DNA of 64,000 nucleotides, taken from NCBI GenBank assembly GCA_977016875.1, contig CDRNST010000013.1:620001-684000 (forward strand), written 5' to 3'. The translations under genes were made by a program, and so were the position numbers. Positions 50,876 to 63,871 of the stretch are shown here, piece after piece; position 1 is the first letter of the stretch; each line of letters begins with the position of its first letter. The notes beneath the pieces are model-generated. The model was not told the DNA's origin, did not search any database, and saw only the letters and a list, made by a program, of their open reading frames with translations. The DNA is from Pavona decussata. Taxonomy: Eukaryota.

Positions 50876-51839
50876 GTATTGAAAGTGAAAAGAAAACGAA
50901 GATCAATCTAAACAATATACATAAAAGGTAAAAATGCCTATGGCAGCGATGGGCCACCATACATTTCCACTTGCTTGCTCGATCTTCCCACCTTTCAAGT
51001 CTTTCACTTCAGCTTACATGAATTCAAGGGTTTGCCGTAGATCACTGATCTTCTCAAGAATAACATCAATATGCTTGTTTGTCACCTCCTTGTGCACACG
51101 AAACATTGCAGATATAGTAGACTCTTGTAATTTAATCAGTTCCCTTACTTGTGAAAGGGTCACAAACTCAAGGTCACCCTCCTCTGTTGAGTTTTGGTGG
51201 GAGCGAACTTTGGAACGTCTGCTAACTGTGATGTCTTGTGCAAATTTAAAAATAAAAAATAACCATTGTGGAGCTCCGCTTTTAGGCTTGGCTAAATATA
51301 TATTTTAGGGTGGTCACTTTTGTTTTCAATTTGATCAAGTGTCCTCGTTTAACTATTACTAATGCTTCAATGCTGACAAGAAGGTTTGCACGAGACAGTC
51401 TGTAGTCCTCTGTAATGATGGCTGCTAAGTTTTGATTACGTGACTTGTGTCATCGTTTTTTTTTTCATTCAATGGTTGTAGTTTCCGTCAAATAAAAGCG
51501 GTGCTGACTGTAACTTACAATAGCCGATGAATATCAGCTTCTGTCACGTTATAGACTGCCTGTCTTCAGCATCTGTGCACATAATTGAATGAACATCTGA
51601 CAAACTACTGAAAAGAATCTCTTTTCTGAATGATACTATAACAGTTCAAATCCTGTAGGATATAGTTGTCTCTATGATTATGTCCTTAAAAATCCTTGTT
51701 CAATATTGCGTGTTTATTAATTTTGAGTAGTTACTGTGACATTTTCAGATATAATTGTTTTTTCGGTACACATAATGGATAAGGTATGGGATCGACATAA
51801 GGATAATCAGGGATGTAATAAATATTTTCGTCTGCCAGC

Positions 51840-52140
51840 CGTTTTTTTTGTTAAGGACTTTGCTTGAACTTCCTGGGGAACTGATTTCAATTGCTCTTTG
51901 CAGATGCCTTCAAAGTGTCCAAAGCATTTGACATGAAGAGCATAATAGAAAGATCTGCTCAATGCTTGGATGAGTGCTTCTTCTCCATATTTTCCAAAGG
52001 CAAGAAATAAGGAGACCCCTTTTTCAAGCCCCACTAGGTTTGAAAGAAGGACGTTGTAAGTGTCGAAGGTCCCTCTTTGATGAAGCAACATTGGTCCAAG
52101 CATAAGTGGGGTTTTCCCTGTTTTCCTATCCTTTAACATC
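51840..52140 (-). mobile_element. MULE transposase core fragment
   Basis: PLMLGPMLLHQ...AFGKYGEEALIQAL...ALHVKCFGH (degenerate TDGE and CxxH). Confidence 0.8.
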
Positions 52141-52375
52141 CAACTCTGTGTTGCCTGCCTTTAATGACATTACACACACATAAGTATCATACGCTTAATA
52201 ATTGTGTGCGCGTCTCATTCAACTCTGTGTTGGCTGCCTTCAATCACATACATGCATAAGTATAGTATGCTTAGTAATCGTGTGCTTGTCTCATTTAATA
52301 CTATGTTGGCTTCCCTTAATCACATTATACATTCATAAGTATTCTACGCTTAATAATTGGCGTGCATCTCATTCA
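52141..52375. repeat. Three diverged tandem copies of a ~77-79 bp unit
   Basis: ACTCTGTGTTG...CATAAGTAT...GCTTAATAATTG...GTCTCATT repeated. Confidence 0.85.
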
Positions 52376-52976
52376 TCGTTAGGTTTTAAGTTTTTTTTCT
52401 CAAAAGGATGATGCAGACAACATAAAAACGGGAGAAGGTATATACTGAAATAAATGTGATGGAATACTATCATATGTTATCAAGACGACTATAATATACT
52501 TTTTTTTTAGTGAATTTATTTAAATTACGTATTAATTTCAAATTATTTGTTTCCTTGACCTAACCTCCAAAAACAAGATATCTCGCTTACCCAAAACAGA
52601 CACGGCTAAAATAGTGCGTGATCTGGACTCTAAATGCTGTGAAAGCAGCTGTTAAGTGGAGATACCTCCATCAGGTGTGGAGGAGAAACGCCACGTTTAC
52701 TTTACTACTACTAACAAATGCCATTTGGTAAGCGACAGTCTTGAAGGGGCCCGTTCATTGTTGACTGTGTACCTTGTTGTACTAAGGCATGGTGTATAGT
52801 TTATGGCATATCCCTAGCGAGGTCTAAGGTCTTCCACGTATCACAAAGAGGCGCGTATTGGTCAGTAATATTTTTCTACTTAGAAAGCCTTAATCGTACT
52901 AATGTGTGGGACAACCATTCTAAGTAAAAAAAAATCCTATAGAGGGTTTATATCGTCTGTACAATAACCTTAAGCC

Positions 52977-53482
52977 ATAATAATAATAATAATATTTCAT
53001 ATTTATATTGCGCATTTTCTATAAAAATAATGAAATGCGCATTATAGACATTACAATAAAGTCTAAAAGAAAAAAAATGGTAATAAATAAAAATAATAAG
53101 AACCCGTTAACATTACAATAACTGTGAAATAAAAAGACAAAAACTACAGTATTTACAATTTGCTATAAGATGGCAATATTTACAACGGCTGCAAGAAAAG
53201 TAATTTACAGAAAACTATATAAAGCTAAAAGGCTAATTATAAACTAATTTGACTGAGAAAATGCCTTACTGAATAAAAATGTCTTAAGTTTCTGTTTAAA
53301 ATCACTTGTGGTGCAAGCAGATCTTAAATGCATGCTGGAAAACTGTTCCAAAGCCGTAGCATGGCCACCATGAAGGATCGATCCCCCATGGTAGCTTTTG
53401 TGAGACGCTTTGGGGTGCTCAGAAGAATTTCCTTGTTATTTCACCTTAAATCATAACGGGATAACGGTAAAACAGAAATGTC
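52977..53482 (-). mobile_element. L2 LINE 3' fragment
   Basis: RYDLR...TKATMGDRSF...LWNS...FKQKLKTFLF; TGCGCA stem-loop and (ATT)n tail. Confidence 0.85.
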
Positions 53483-53968
53483 ATGCTAGTGATTAATTTA
53501 TAAAAGAAAGAGTCAAAGGGAAAAGAAGAAAGAATATTCGATGTCTATTCAGAAATAAACACACAAACAATTATGGATACAAATAGAAAACCAAAATTGA
53601 ACTGAGTTTAAAAATAAGCGCCTCTGTGGCATACCGACTGCTCACCAACCTGTTTCTTAGGGATTGTGTTTTATTAGCCTCCCATGCAGTGGTTTTTAGG
53701 GGACTCGTATTACCCCCCAGTCCCCTAAAAACGACTGATTTCTTATCACACAGCCATACAGTATCCTCCAACGGTAAATGCTAGTTGAAGCTGGTAGTGT
53801 AAATCTTGTCAGTTCTGTAGAGTAGACATCACAATCAGCAGATGTACTTCACAAGAGTAGCATTGGTAACTTCGGAATGGAGAACTGACCAATTTCCGAT
53901 TATTCTCAAATGCTTTGAGATATTTTTGTATAAAATGTACTAAAAAGGGAAGAATAGTTTAAGTAATG

Positions 53969-54269
53969 TTTAAAACACAAGCTGCAGTGTTTTATCGAGA
54001 TTTAAAATCACGAGCCACAGGCGAGTGGTTTTATACCCGATAAAACACATGCTACAAGTTTTTTGAACGGCTTCAAAAACATACCTGGGAAGGCATGTGT
54101 CAAAAGAGTTCACAACAACAATGCATTTGTGAACTTTGGAAATTAGCATACGAGAAAAACATTAAACACTGCATTTTAATAAGGAGGAGGTTTTATCGCG
54201 TTTTACACATGATGTTTTATCGACCATTTGATAGGTCAATGGGCTTATGAATTATTAATTAGTTTTTAA
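53969..54269. mobile_element. Crypton-like non-autonomous element (second family) in an intron
   Basis: Terminal hairpin GTGTTTTATCG...ACGAGCCACAGGCGAGTG...CGATAAAACAC. Confidence 0.5.
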
Positions 54270-55091
54270 TGAAATGTACTCTGCTAATATTTATATATAA
54301 GATCCCAAAAAAGTCTTCCTTTTTCCATTTCAGCTATTACGAGAGGGCAAAACAAGCGAGAGAAAATGTGGAAGCAAACACCAAGAAGCACGACAGAAGA
54401 GGTTGTTCTGTTGCATACACTCTAGCGTTGGAGTGGTTCAAAAATTTTGAAAAAAATGCGGACCACATGCCCAACTGTGCCACAAAAACCCTTCCCTCAT
54501 GCCTTTCAAAGACAGCCATGTTCCAGCTGTACTGGGAGCAGATGGCTGGGAAGCCTACGTTAATGCGTACTTCTTTTGTGTATGGAATGTGGAAAAAACA
54601 TTTCAGAAAAACTTAATAATCCCAAAGGTTGGTGGAAATAATACCATGTATTACACACGCATTTTATTGGGAGCCTGTTTTCAGGCTAGATTTGGTAGCC
54701 CAGGATACATTACTTTCTAATAATCCATATCTTTGTACGCTATAATGGAGATGAAATTGTCTCCACCCATGAAACTGACGGTTAGAACAATAATTGAGCC
54801 CAGGACACCACCATTTTACTCATTTCCCCCTTTATAGGGGAAAGGGATAATGCTGGTAGAAACATATTTTATTCTGGATATGGCTAAAGCTTATTTGATA
54901 AAGAGGATAGTAACTTGCAAAACTGATTGATGCAGAACACTATCACTGCATCGTGGCCTCTTCTGCATATTCCTTTGCAAGCCTTAGCTATGAATTGATG
55001 GCTATCGTCAATGGTCGACGAACTGATCAATTATAAATAATTTAGCAACGTTTAGGAGACAGCTCGTCTGCAAAGGCAAAATAATTTAGGT

Positions 55092-55134
55092 TTAGTATAT
55101 ACCAGACAAGTGAATAGTGCTTTTCGCGCGCGCT

Positions 55135-55171
<37 letters not shown>

Positions 55172-55727
55172 CACCTCCGAGCAGCGGAAGAGAAACAAGA
55201 TGGCTTCCCGTTTCGCACAGTCACTTAAGAAATACAAAAATGGCAACAAAGTTTGGTTTGGCGGCATTACATGGTAAGTTATTTAACCTTTCAAACCTCA
55301 TATTCTAAGGCAAAAAATAAAAATACAATGCATTGTTTATGAAAACTGTCGAGCACTATAATTACAATGTAAACAATGAAACATCTAATGTTTTGCAGCA
55401 TGGTTTCAACAAGCGGACAAATTTCACACAACAATCGAAGAAAAGTCACGTAGCAACTAAACAAGTGCCTCCAGAAGTTTTGTGCACAATAAAGTGAGAC
55501 AGAACTTTTTACAATAAGAAATCGCTTACTGTGCGGCGCGCAGGATTTTAAAATTGCCCACCATTTGTTGGTATATTGTCAAAAATAAAGTAATTTTTGG
55601 TCCACTTCTTACTCAGCTTGTATGGTATATACTAAAACAATTATTCACCTCAGTGTTGGTGAAAGTGATGAAGCAGCTCAGGGAAATATCCATCACTATT
55701 CACCTCCACTTTGGTGAATAATTGTTA
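55092..55727 (+). mobile_element. Non-autonomous Crypton-like element, copy 2 (inverted relative to 12350-13034)
   Basis: Colinear reverse complement; MASRFA remnant at 55200; hairpin centre partly deleted. Confidence 0.7.
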
Positions 55728-57138
55728 AATGATTATTATATCCATTTACCTTACTTCCTTAAGATGCTTAAGAATTGAAATTGAAATAACAATAATGCAT
55801 TTTTCGCTTTTATTTTTTATTTTTTTTTAACAGCAAAGCAGGTTCAGTAAATGTGCAACATGTGTGCACATTAAAGAACGCCTTTTGAGACCAGGTACTT
55901 CAGCTGAGAGAAGGATTGAGCTCGGTTTTATGAGGAGAATACACCTCACGCAGCAATTGTAAGTATGACGTGAACAAAATGTGCTTCACATATTGCATTG
56001 ATTTAATTAAAGTAATGGGAGATAACAACATCAACAGGGAGCATGTAATCCATATCAAAAAGGTAAAGTGGGAAGGATACATAAAAAAAACGTAATTCAA
56101 ACAATTTTTCCTGAAATGGGATGACCCAAAACTTAACTTGGGGCTAGATTGCATTGACAATCATGACGAGTTTTGAACTTTTATGGAAGCGGGTTATTCT
56201 AATTAGAAGAGGTTATTCTAATTACGTACTTACTAATCTACAGGGCGGAAAGAAACAAATACTATAAGCATGGGTTGCAAGCGAAGTCCAACCCAGAGAA
56301 GTACTTGTTCATCATCCTTGGTGGTATGGATTAGGGCAAACACAATTTGCTGCACTTCACCACAAACACTAAGGTAAACAGCTAAACTATTATTTCAGCG
56401 AAATCAAGAGTTCACGATTCAGGCCTTCCCACCATTGGAGAAGTAAACATATGCTATTATTTAAAAATGTATTGGAGTTTGCTCTCCGAACGTTCAAACC
56501 AACTTTACCAAATTTTCTAGGGAGATTGAAAGAAAGTCGTGAACTTCTGGAAAGTAAATTTCTGGCTAAATTGTATAAGTTAAATTGTGACTTACAATGA
56601 ATGATTTTCATTTGCATGTAGGTATACCATTTCCTTTTATTAACCTTTTAACTTCAATCTTTTATCCTGCAGTCTTGGTTAAACTAGCGTTTATTGGGAG
56701 ACTGAAAAAATAGCTTAAACAAACAAAAAAAAGGTTATCAGGTTCTCTTGTAGCATATAATTTGACTTCATTACATTCTCGTGATGTAGCCAACTTGGTT
56801 ATTTTTAAAGCCAGTTGAAGGGTAGTTATAATTGTAATAAATACATCATTTAGCTCTTGAAATGAGCCTTCAACAAACCGACTTTATTGGTTTAATTTCA
56901 GGTTGATGGAAGCGCCTGGCACTTAGAGATCCACATAACAGGGTTCCTGGCGAACCAGAGGTCTGCCGGTGCTGCCTTCCTTGACTTGTGCCAGTGGCCC
57001 CACGATTCAAACCTTACCATAAATGTCCTTCTCCACCTGTTGCTATGGATACTTTATGCTTTAATATCTGAAGTTTGAAAGGTTAAAACAAACATAACTA
57101 AAGTTTTTGTGACACATCAACGAAAGTGAAATAATTGT

Positions 57139-57312
57139 AGGGGAGTAGGGATGGTACAGTGCTGAAAGCACTTGCCTCCCACTAGTGTGGCCCTGGTTCA
57201 ATTCCCTGATTCCGCATCATTAGTGGATTTATTTTGTATGTTATTTTTGTCTGGATGTTGTTGTTACTCCAAGAGGTTTTTCTCTGGGTACTCTGGTTTT
57301 CCCCTCTCTACC
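57139..57312 (+). mobile_element. tRNA-derived SINE, degraded
   Basis: A-box-like TGGTACAGTGC, B-box-like GGTTCAATTCC, conserved core GAGGTTTTTCTCTGGGTACTCTGGTTTTCCCCTCTC. Confidence 0.8.
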
Positions 57313-58419
57313 CTAGAACGAATTTTGAGCCATTTTTGAGATATTCTAGCTTTGCACTTAAATTAACTTGCTTAATCACTTATTTGCTTAATGGCATTCG
57401 TCCACAACTGACTTCTTTGTTCAATTTTAATTTGTCTAGATGGGCCATCTGCCACCTACATTGTAGCTTCAAATGGACAACTGTTGGAGCGAGTGCAAGA
57501 ATCGTTATATTTTAACCTTTCTCGCCCTCCTCGTGGAGTTAGATATTTTTAAGAAGGTAAATGCTAATAATTGATCTCTAAATTTCCCAATTTAGTCTCC
57601 ATTCCTTGAAAGTTCAAGCTGTACCACTCTTCATTTTCATAGTTGCTGCAGATTTCGTTAGCCAGAACAGAAAACACAGCAATACTCTGGCATTTTTTTT
57701 AATTGATAGAACCTTCAGTTTTATATTTCGTCCCATTGAAGATACTAATCAACCTTCCCTTGTCAGGTACTCAAGTTTATAAATTTTAGTTCTTACTGAA
57801 GTAATTTGGTTTATTCTCTTTTTTATTTTAGATCAAACTTTGTTTTATAATGGTAGGCCACATGCACGAAGACATGGACCAGCTATTCTCTTACATTTCT
57901 CGTCGACTGTTAAAGTTAAATGTTTTGACACTGCCAGATTTGCTCAAGGAAATAGGTAAAAGCTATACGCCAGCCATCCTCATGTCCCTGTTAAAGTTCA
58001 TGTTCGACGTCAAAGATTGGTTGGAAACATATGCGGAAAATGATCTCAGTAGTCACGTGGAATAGCATCAATTCAAGGTAAATATTAGATGGCTTTGGAC
58101 TTGATATAAATTTAAAATTTTAAAGTCATTCGCCACTCAATGGCTAAGCCTGCTGGTAGCTCCATGCTTACAACATCAAAACCTAAGGACATAAGTTTTT
58201 CGGAAAGATTTTTCATTCATCTGTAGTTCACACGGTTGACTATTAATTTAAACATTTAATTGACAACAAAAAATGTTTCTAGCCCCACACACTGTTCTTT
58301 GTGATACCTAGTGCTCGATACCTTTTATACTCTTCTAAAGAGACAGCTGTCATACGTGAGAAACGCAACTGATCATCCTGTGAGCTTGTGTTCTGATCAC
58401 TGAGGTTTAAACGAACATT

Positions 58420-61400
58420 TCTCACAAACTTAACAAATGTTCCCTCGTTTATAGCTCCAACAACCTCTACTGGTTCACATTTGCACTGGCTGTTCTGTTG
58501 TAAATCAGTGGGGAAAACTAAAAATCCTCACAGTTTTCTTTCAAATGTCCCTCTTTGTTGGCCTCAAGCTTTCTTATGTCATCACAGTCTCGTGCAACAA
58601 CTGGGTCTTGAATTCTCTTTTATTGTTCTGTAGCTTGGCCACGGGCTGCAGCCATTTCCCCAGCCTCCCTTAATACCTTTTCAATCTCTGTGACTTCTTG
58701 GTCGTCAACTGCCATTGTAGCGTTTTCAATCTCTGTGACATCTTTGTTGTCAACTTCCACTGTAGCCTTTTCAGTCTCAATGGCTTCTTTGTTCCGCCCT
58801 TTTGCCAATTCTTCAACACTTCCAACCGGTTTCAGAAACTGACGTAAGGCAGCTTGTGGTGCAGCCTCACCTTCTTTTTTACTGTCTCTGCACTTCTTTA
58901 CTTGCTTTGTAACAGACTCTTTTCACTGTAGTAAAGTCAATTCCTCTAAGTGTTTTCTTTTTTTCTCAGTTCATCCAACTCCTTTGAAACATCAAGTGCT
59001 TTGCTGAACTCCTTTACATTAGCACATCGTTCATGTTGCTTAGCTGTGTAACTAACTTGTATGTCAACATCTCTTAAGTCTTCTTGCAACTGCTCTATCC
59101 TCTTCTGTCTAAAATCTTGGCTAGTACGCTCTTGTTCAGGCCGACTTCCTAGCAATTCCAATTTAGAGCACAGCAAAGTTGGATTCTTCAGAGCAATATC
59201 AAACGCAGCTTCAATTATAGCTTTGTGATAATCAAGTAACTTATCATCAGGCTTGAGCTGATATATCTGTGATTCCCTGCAAACTTTGTCAGGATCTTAT
59301 GTGATTGTCTGGGTAATAGATGCCCCTGATGCTGCCCTGAAAGCAAAAAAATTCGCTTTTACTGTCAACGTAAGAAAAGATTTTCTATAACCTCGCTTAT
59401 TACTAAAAAGGAACTGTCGTTCTGTAACAATAACAGCGTATAATGTTAGTCTTTTTAAGGTGTCCCTTACATCAAAATTTCACTATCCACTTCACAGCAA
59501 CACTTACACTTTCCTGTCTTAAACTATTTAATATTGAGTTGGTGCTGCAACTTATTAAAGTGGAACAAGTCCATCTCAAAATATTATTAAAACACCCCCG
59601 AAGTTTGAATGAATCCTGAATAAAAAGATGAACAGAGTTGTGATTCTTTTAATTGGCATGGGTACGGCATTAAAATGACCATAGGTGTGTCAAGGATGTC
59701 TTTGATAAGGAAAATAAACTAAAACTAATTATTATTAAAAGTCAAGTCAATATGTACCACGACTGTCTACAGTGTTCAACGTCTTTCATGATGGTGGAGC
59801 AAGTACTATCTTTGCAACATATTCATTGTTACTGTTGTTTTTGGAGGTTTTGTACCTGTATTACAGCTGGTCCAACCATGATTTGACCGCCCTCAAAACA
59901 CAGCGTTTTCTGGACAGCTGATATGAAAAGCAAAAACAAGAAAAAAATCGACAACAACAATACAACAATTACCACCAAACATTTTGAAAAAATAGAACAT
60001 TTCAAATAATTTCTTGCAACATTCGGATTACCTCTAAGTTTAATACATGCCCTACTGGAATCGTTATCAATAACTTCACAAACAGAAATCTATTTTACCA
60101 TTTATAAGGGCCCTTGTTACTCGGTCATGTTGAAACGCAGACCATGCAGACTGCAGACCGTGTAGACTGTGCAGACTGAGTGTTATTTTTTTTACTTGTA
60201 CCTTAATTTTTCTTGTAAGACACTAATTAAAGTAGTAAATACTTTTACTAGCTAGTTTCCCGCTTCCTTTGTTACAGTGCAGGCCAGAATTTTAAGTGAG
60301 GAAGCCTGACTTGTAATAAGCCACGCGGTTTCTTTCAGGTTTTCTCGCCATTTATCTTCTTTCCTTAACTTTCTTCATTTCTTCCATCTTGTGCTGTAAA
60401 TGTTGTGTATATGGGAAAATAAATATTGTATTGTATTGTATTGTATTGAATTAAGCGAACCAAAACGTACGTGTAAAACGCGTCTGCTGCGGACACGTAT
60501 ACGTGTCTAAAAATCTGCAGATGTGCATCTAGTCAGACTCATTAGCATGCATGAGCTAGCTTGCTGCTACGCTTGCAGTATTTTGGGAAACGAGACGAAA
60601 CGAGCTGATGAATAAATCTGTAGAATTAAAGATATCAAGACTACAACAGACAGATTTCTGTGTGTGAGAAGCTAAAAGAGGAATAAATCACCAGAAGTGC
60701 AGAGTTTCTGTACTTTGCGAAACGAGCTCTGCGTAGACCGTGAAGGGAACTTGTTTGTTTATATTTGTAAACGCTTTTCTTATTTATCCCTTGCCCCAAT
60801 GATGATTCGGTAGGTAGTTTGAGAATTAAACAGTATTTGTAGGTAAAAGATCATATAGAATAAACAAATAAATAACGACCCGGAATAAAATCAGTAAATC
60901 CACCAAACAATTTTCAACAGACTTCGCTCCTCTAGTGCGCTTCAGTTCCGATTTGCACATTTGCTGACTTACCATGAACTTTCCCTCACTCTACCTCAAG
61001 CATTTACTATCTCCGGCCTCAAAATGTAGTCGTTCAGTTGACTTTAAAGATGCAAGGCAATTCCGTTGGTAAAAGACTTGAGGTAAAACAGGAAACTTCA
61101 ATTTTGCAAAATTTATTCGGGTCCAGTGTGAGCGATCGATTACCCGCAACAAACGTAAACACTGCGAGTCTACTGAGTACCGCAACGCTTGACGCATTTC
61201 TATATTCAGTACGTTCGCTTGGATAAAGCCAAAATAGCATCTTTTGCAAGATTGAAACTTCTACTAACGTTATAAAAACTGACAGAAGCGGTCGTTCGGA
61301 CCTAGAAAGGAATTGCCACGCTGAAAACTCTGGCAAGATTTTTGACACGTGCTAGGCAACCAAATTCCTTCTCATGTATCAAGTTACATTCTGCAACAAC

Positions 61401-63871
61401 ACGATGCAAGAACAAAATTTACAGAGGTTCTTGGAAGGAAATCTGGACGCTTTTTTATTCTATCAACACGGGAGCCACAGTGCCTTTCCAATTATACCCA
61501 ACTTGTGCCATTTTCAGCCCTTCGAAAAAATCTCGAAACACATTAATATGTGTACCTGTAATGGCCATGGCTAAAAAATGAGAAAATCACAAGAAAAATT
61601 AAGGTACAAGTAAAAAAAATAACACTCAGTCTGCATGGTCTGCACAGTCTGCATGGTCTGCATTTCAACATGACCGCTTGTTACTTGCAAGTCTCACAAT
61701 GAACTAAGTACACCATAGTTGCAAACCATTAGATGCTCATTCTACAAGTTGACTTAATCCACAAAAACTAGAAGTGACTCTAGAACATTTCGTTACGGGA
61801 ATAATTTTTATTGGTTTTGAAGACAATAAAAAATCCCAGAAGCAAAACAGCAGGGAGTTCATTGGGCCAGGTTTTTCAAAGCTGTGCATGCACAGTTAAC
61901 AAAAAGAAGTATAATATTTTCAGACTTAATAAGATCTTTCAAGGGTCAGTAGTTACTTGACCACTGCTCAATGACAATGAGGGTGCATTGTATTTTGAAT
62001 TTAAAATATCAAACATCCCAAGAATTACACAGTCACTCCATGTTACCTTTTTTCCGACAAGTTACATTATTTTCCAGTATTGCAGAGGCTGGTTTGTCTG
62101 CTACAAGAACTATTGCAAAAATAGGCTTAGTATACAAATAATGTCAAGTTTAGTCAATGTTTGGTTGTGACATTATCATCTGTTTAGGCATTTTGTAATC
62201 TCAGTTTGCAGCCAAAGTTTAATATAACAGTCATGTTTTGTTAAGTAATCGTTAGTTTGATAGTCCTTGACATTTGTATAAGTTTAGCAACCTTCACTTT
62301 ATAATGTATCAATAAATTATTTTTGCCTTTTGCAAATCAAGCTCGATCCTTATTCACGCTGCTTGTCCAGTTAAATATCGACAAATTAATCTGACCCTGG
62401 GAAAGCTTTCTCCCTACCAAAGTCTGCAAATTCCCCCACTGTGTGGGGCTTCCCTAGCCTGAGATGTTACATGAAAAGGTAATCAAATACCATAAGTCAT
62501 CATTACTGTCCACCCACATTTAATATAATGTCAACTACGGTAGCTCATATGTTACTTTTCTTTGCTCCTACTAATGCACTTATCAGCGGTCATCCAGGGG
62601 GGCTGACTCCGGGGTACCCCTGGGCATTTGCACAATGACGTTTACAAATCCCCCCTACCCAAAATCAATGTTTTTTTTTACAGAAAGATGGAGAAAGCTT
62701 TTATCTGGTGCAATTTTATTTGAATGGCCTCCCTGTCAATATCATCTACTGTCTCATTACTCGTGAGGTCATTGGTCATGCAGGTCGAACGTAAATAAAA
62801 TCATGCTGGCATTGCTGGATTTTATCTACCTTTCTCTAATATAGTATACATAATTTTAAAACCGAAAAAAATCGTTTTTGCTATGTTTAATACATAGTTA
62901 CAAGAAGAAATAAGTTAGTTAAAATACCTTCCTGAATAGTTTGAATGCCTTCATTCGTTGTGCCTTCATGATCTAAAGTGGGAACTTTGATTTTGATGGC
63001 GAAGATGGTGGATGATGGAAGCTCCCCAGAGATATCTTCATCCACCTAAGGGCCGTCTTCAGTGAGGATCTCAACCTCTGAATTTAACTCAAGTCTTTCT
63101 TTTCCTGATGTGAATAAAATTTAGTGAATATTATTAAACGTTGCATGTCTTCACTTGTATTTGAATATTCTATGTTTTTTTATACGAGTCAGTAATTTAT
63201 TATTAAAAATTGTTACAAGCTTTTCTAATATTTCTCTACCTGCAAAATATTAACTTGTTTGGGGGGGGTGGGGCAAACACGGCAAAATTAATACAGTGAA
63301 TGTATGGTATGGGGAAAATGGGGAGTTTGATACGCGATAAAATAAGGACCGTTGACATTCTTAAATTTTTGTGAATTGCAAACTAAAGATACTAGCTAAA
63401 AGAGTTTACCGAGTAAATTTGAAGGAGATCGGTTGGCTGGGAAGCGAGAAACCTTACTTTTAGATTTCATACAAATGCTTATAAACAATTTCCCGTGAAC
63501 GGCTGTTCCAATTTCAAACGTATATATGAAACCGTGAAAAGGTCTATCGAAGGCGACGGTTACACAATCGACAAGAACAGAAAAGCCGCGGTTGTTTTTT
63601 TTTTTAATATGGCATACAGCTTCATAATTTATGAAAAAAACTCATCCAACGAGTATTTGAATATATGTTAACAAAGACGATCGCCAAAGGACGAGAAGAT
63701 TTAAATGTGTAAATATTTATAATCTGCGGGTGCAGCATTCTGTCACGCCATGAACTTAAGAAAAAAATAAATAAACAGAAATTGCTTACCTTTTGAAACA
63801 AGTTCAGCATAGTTTTCGGGCACAACGAACTTTTTCTTCAACCTCTCCTCACTCCAAACTTTGAAAAGGAC
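58420..63871 (-). pseudogene. Spliced gene with N-terminal CIDE-N domain (exons 63871-63790, 63104-62928) and probable downstream coiled-coil exon (~59338-58420)
   Basis: Spliced VLFKVWSEERLKKKFVVPENYAELVSK|GKERLELNSEVEILTEDGP*VDEDISGELPSSTIF matches the CIDE-N pattern FKV....K..V.....EL..K....L......EDG.EVD.D....LP..T; joining to the 3' exon is inferred. Confidence 0.65.
60122..61676. mobile_element. Non-autonomous MULE-type element with ~95-bp TIRs and 9-bp TSD
   Basis: CTTGTTACT|CGGTCATGTTGAAA ... TTTCAACATGACCG|CTTGTTACT; GCAGAC repeats in the TIRs. Confidence 0.88.

Larger units (their letters stand above)
46556..50961. mobile_element. IS3EU-like DNA transposon, internally deleted, with long satellite-containing TIRs and 6-bp TSD
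   Basis: CATTTC|TATGGTGGCCCATCGCTGCCAT ... ATGGCAGCGATGGGCCACCATA|CATTTC; TIRs 46556-47340 and 50270-50961. Confidence 0.8.
46456..51245 (-). mobile_element. LINE ORF1 coiled-coil fragment split by the IS3EU-like insertion (pieces 50962-51245 and 46456-46555)
   Basis: FVTLSQVRELIKLQES...ISDLRQTLEF...|LDDLENEIADLQDKIDDIENRS. Confidence 0.65.
54334..58077 (+). pseudogene. Multi-exon Sola-like (DUF7869-type) DDD transposase pseudogene
   Basis: Exons 54334-54627, 55834-55958, 56244-56373, 56902-~57046, 57440-57556, 57832-58077; motifs RFSKCATC, GGMD*, HDSNLTI, LQMDNC..ECKNRY, VGHMHEDMDQLFS; several stops. Confidence 0.8.

Noticed and set aside
46556-50961. CryptonS element (also TATGG termini)
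   Set aside because: Long TIRs and a 6-bp TSD indicate a DDE-type insertion; no tyrosine recombinase inside
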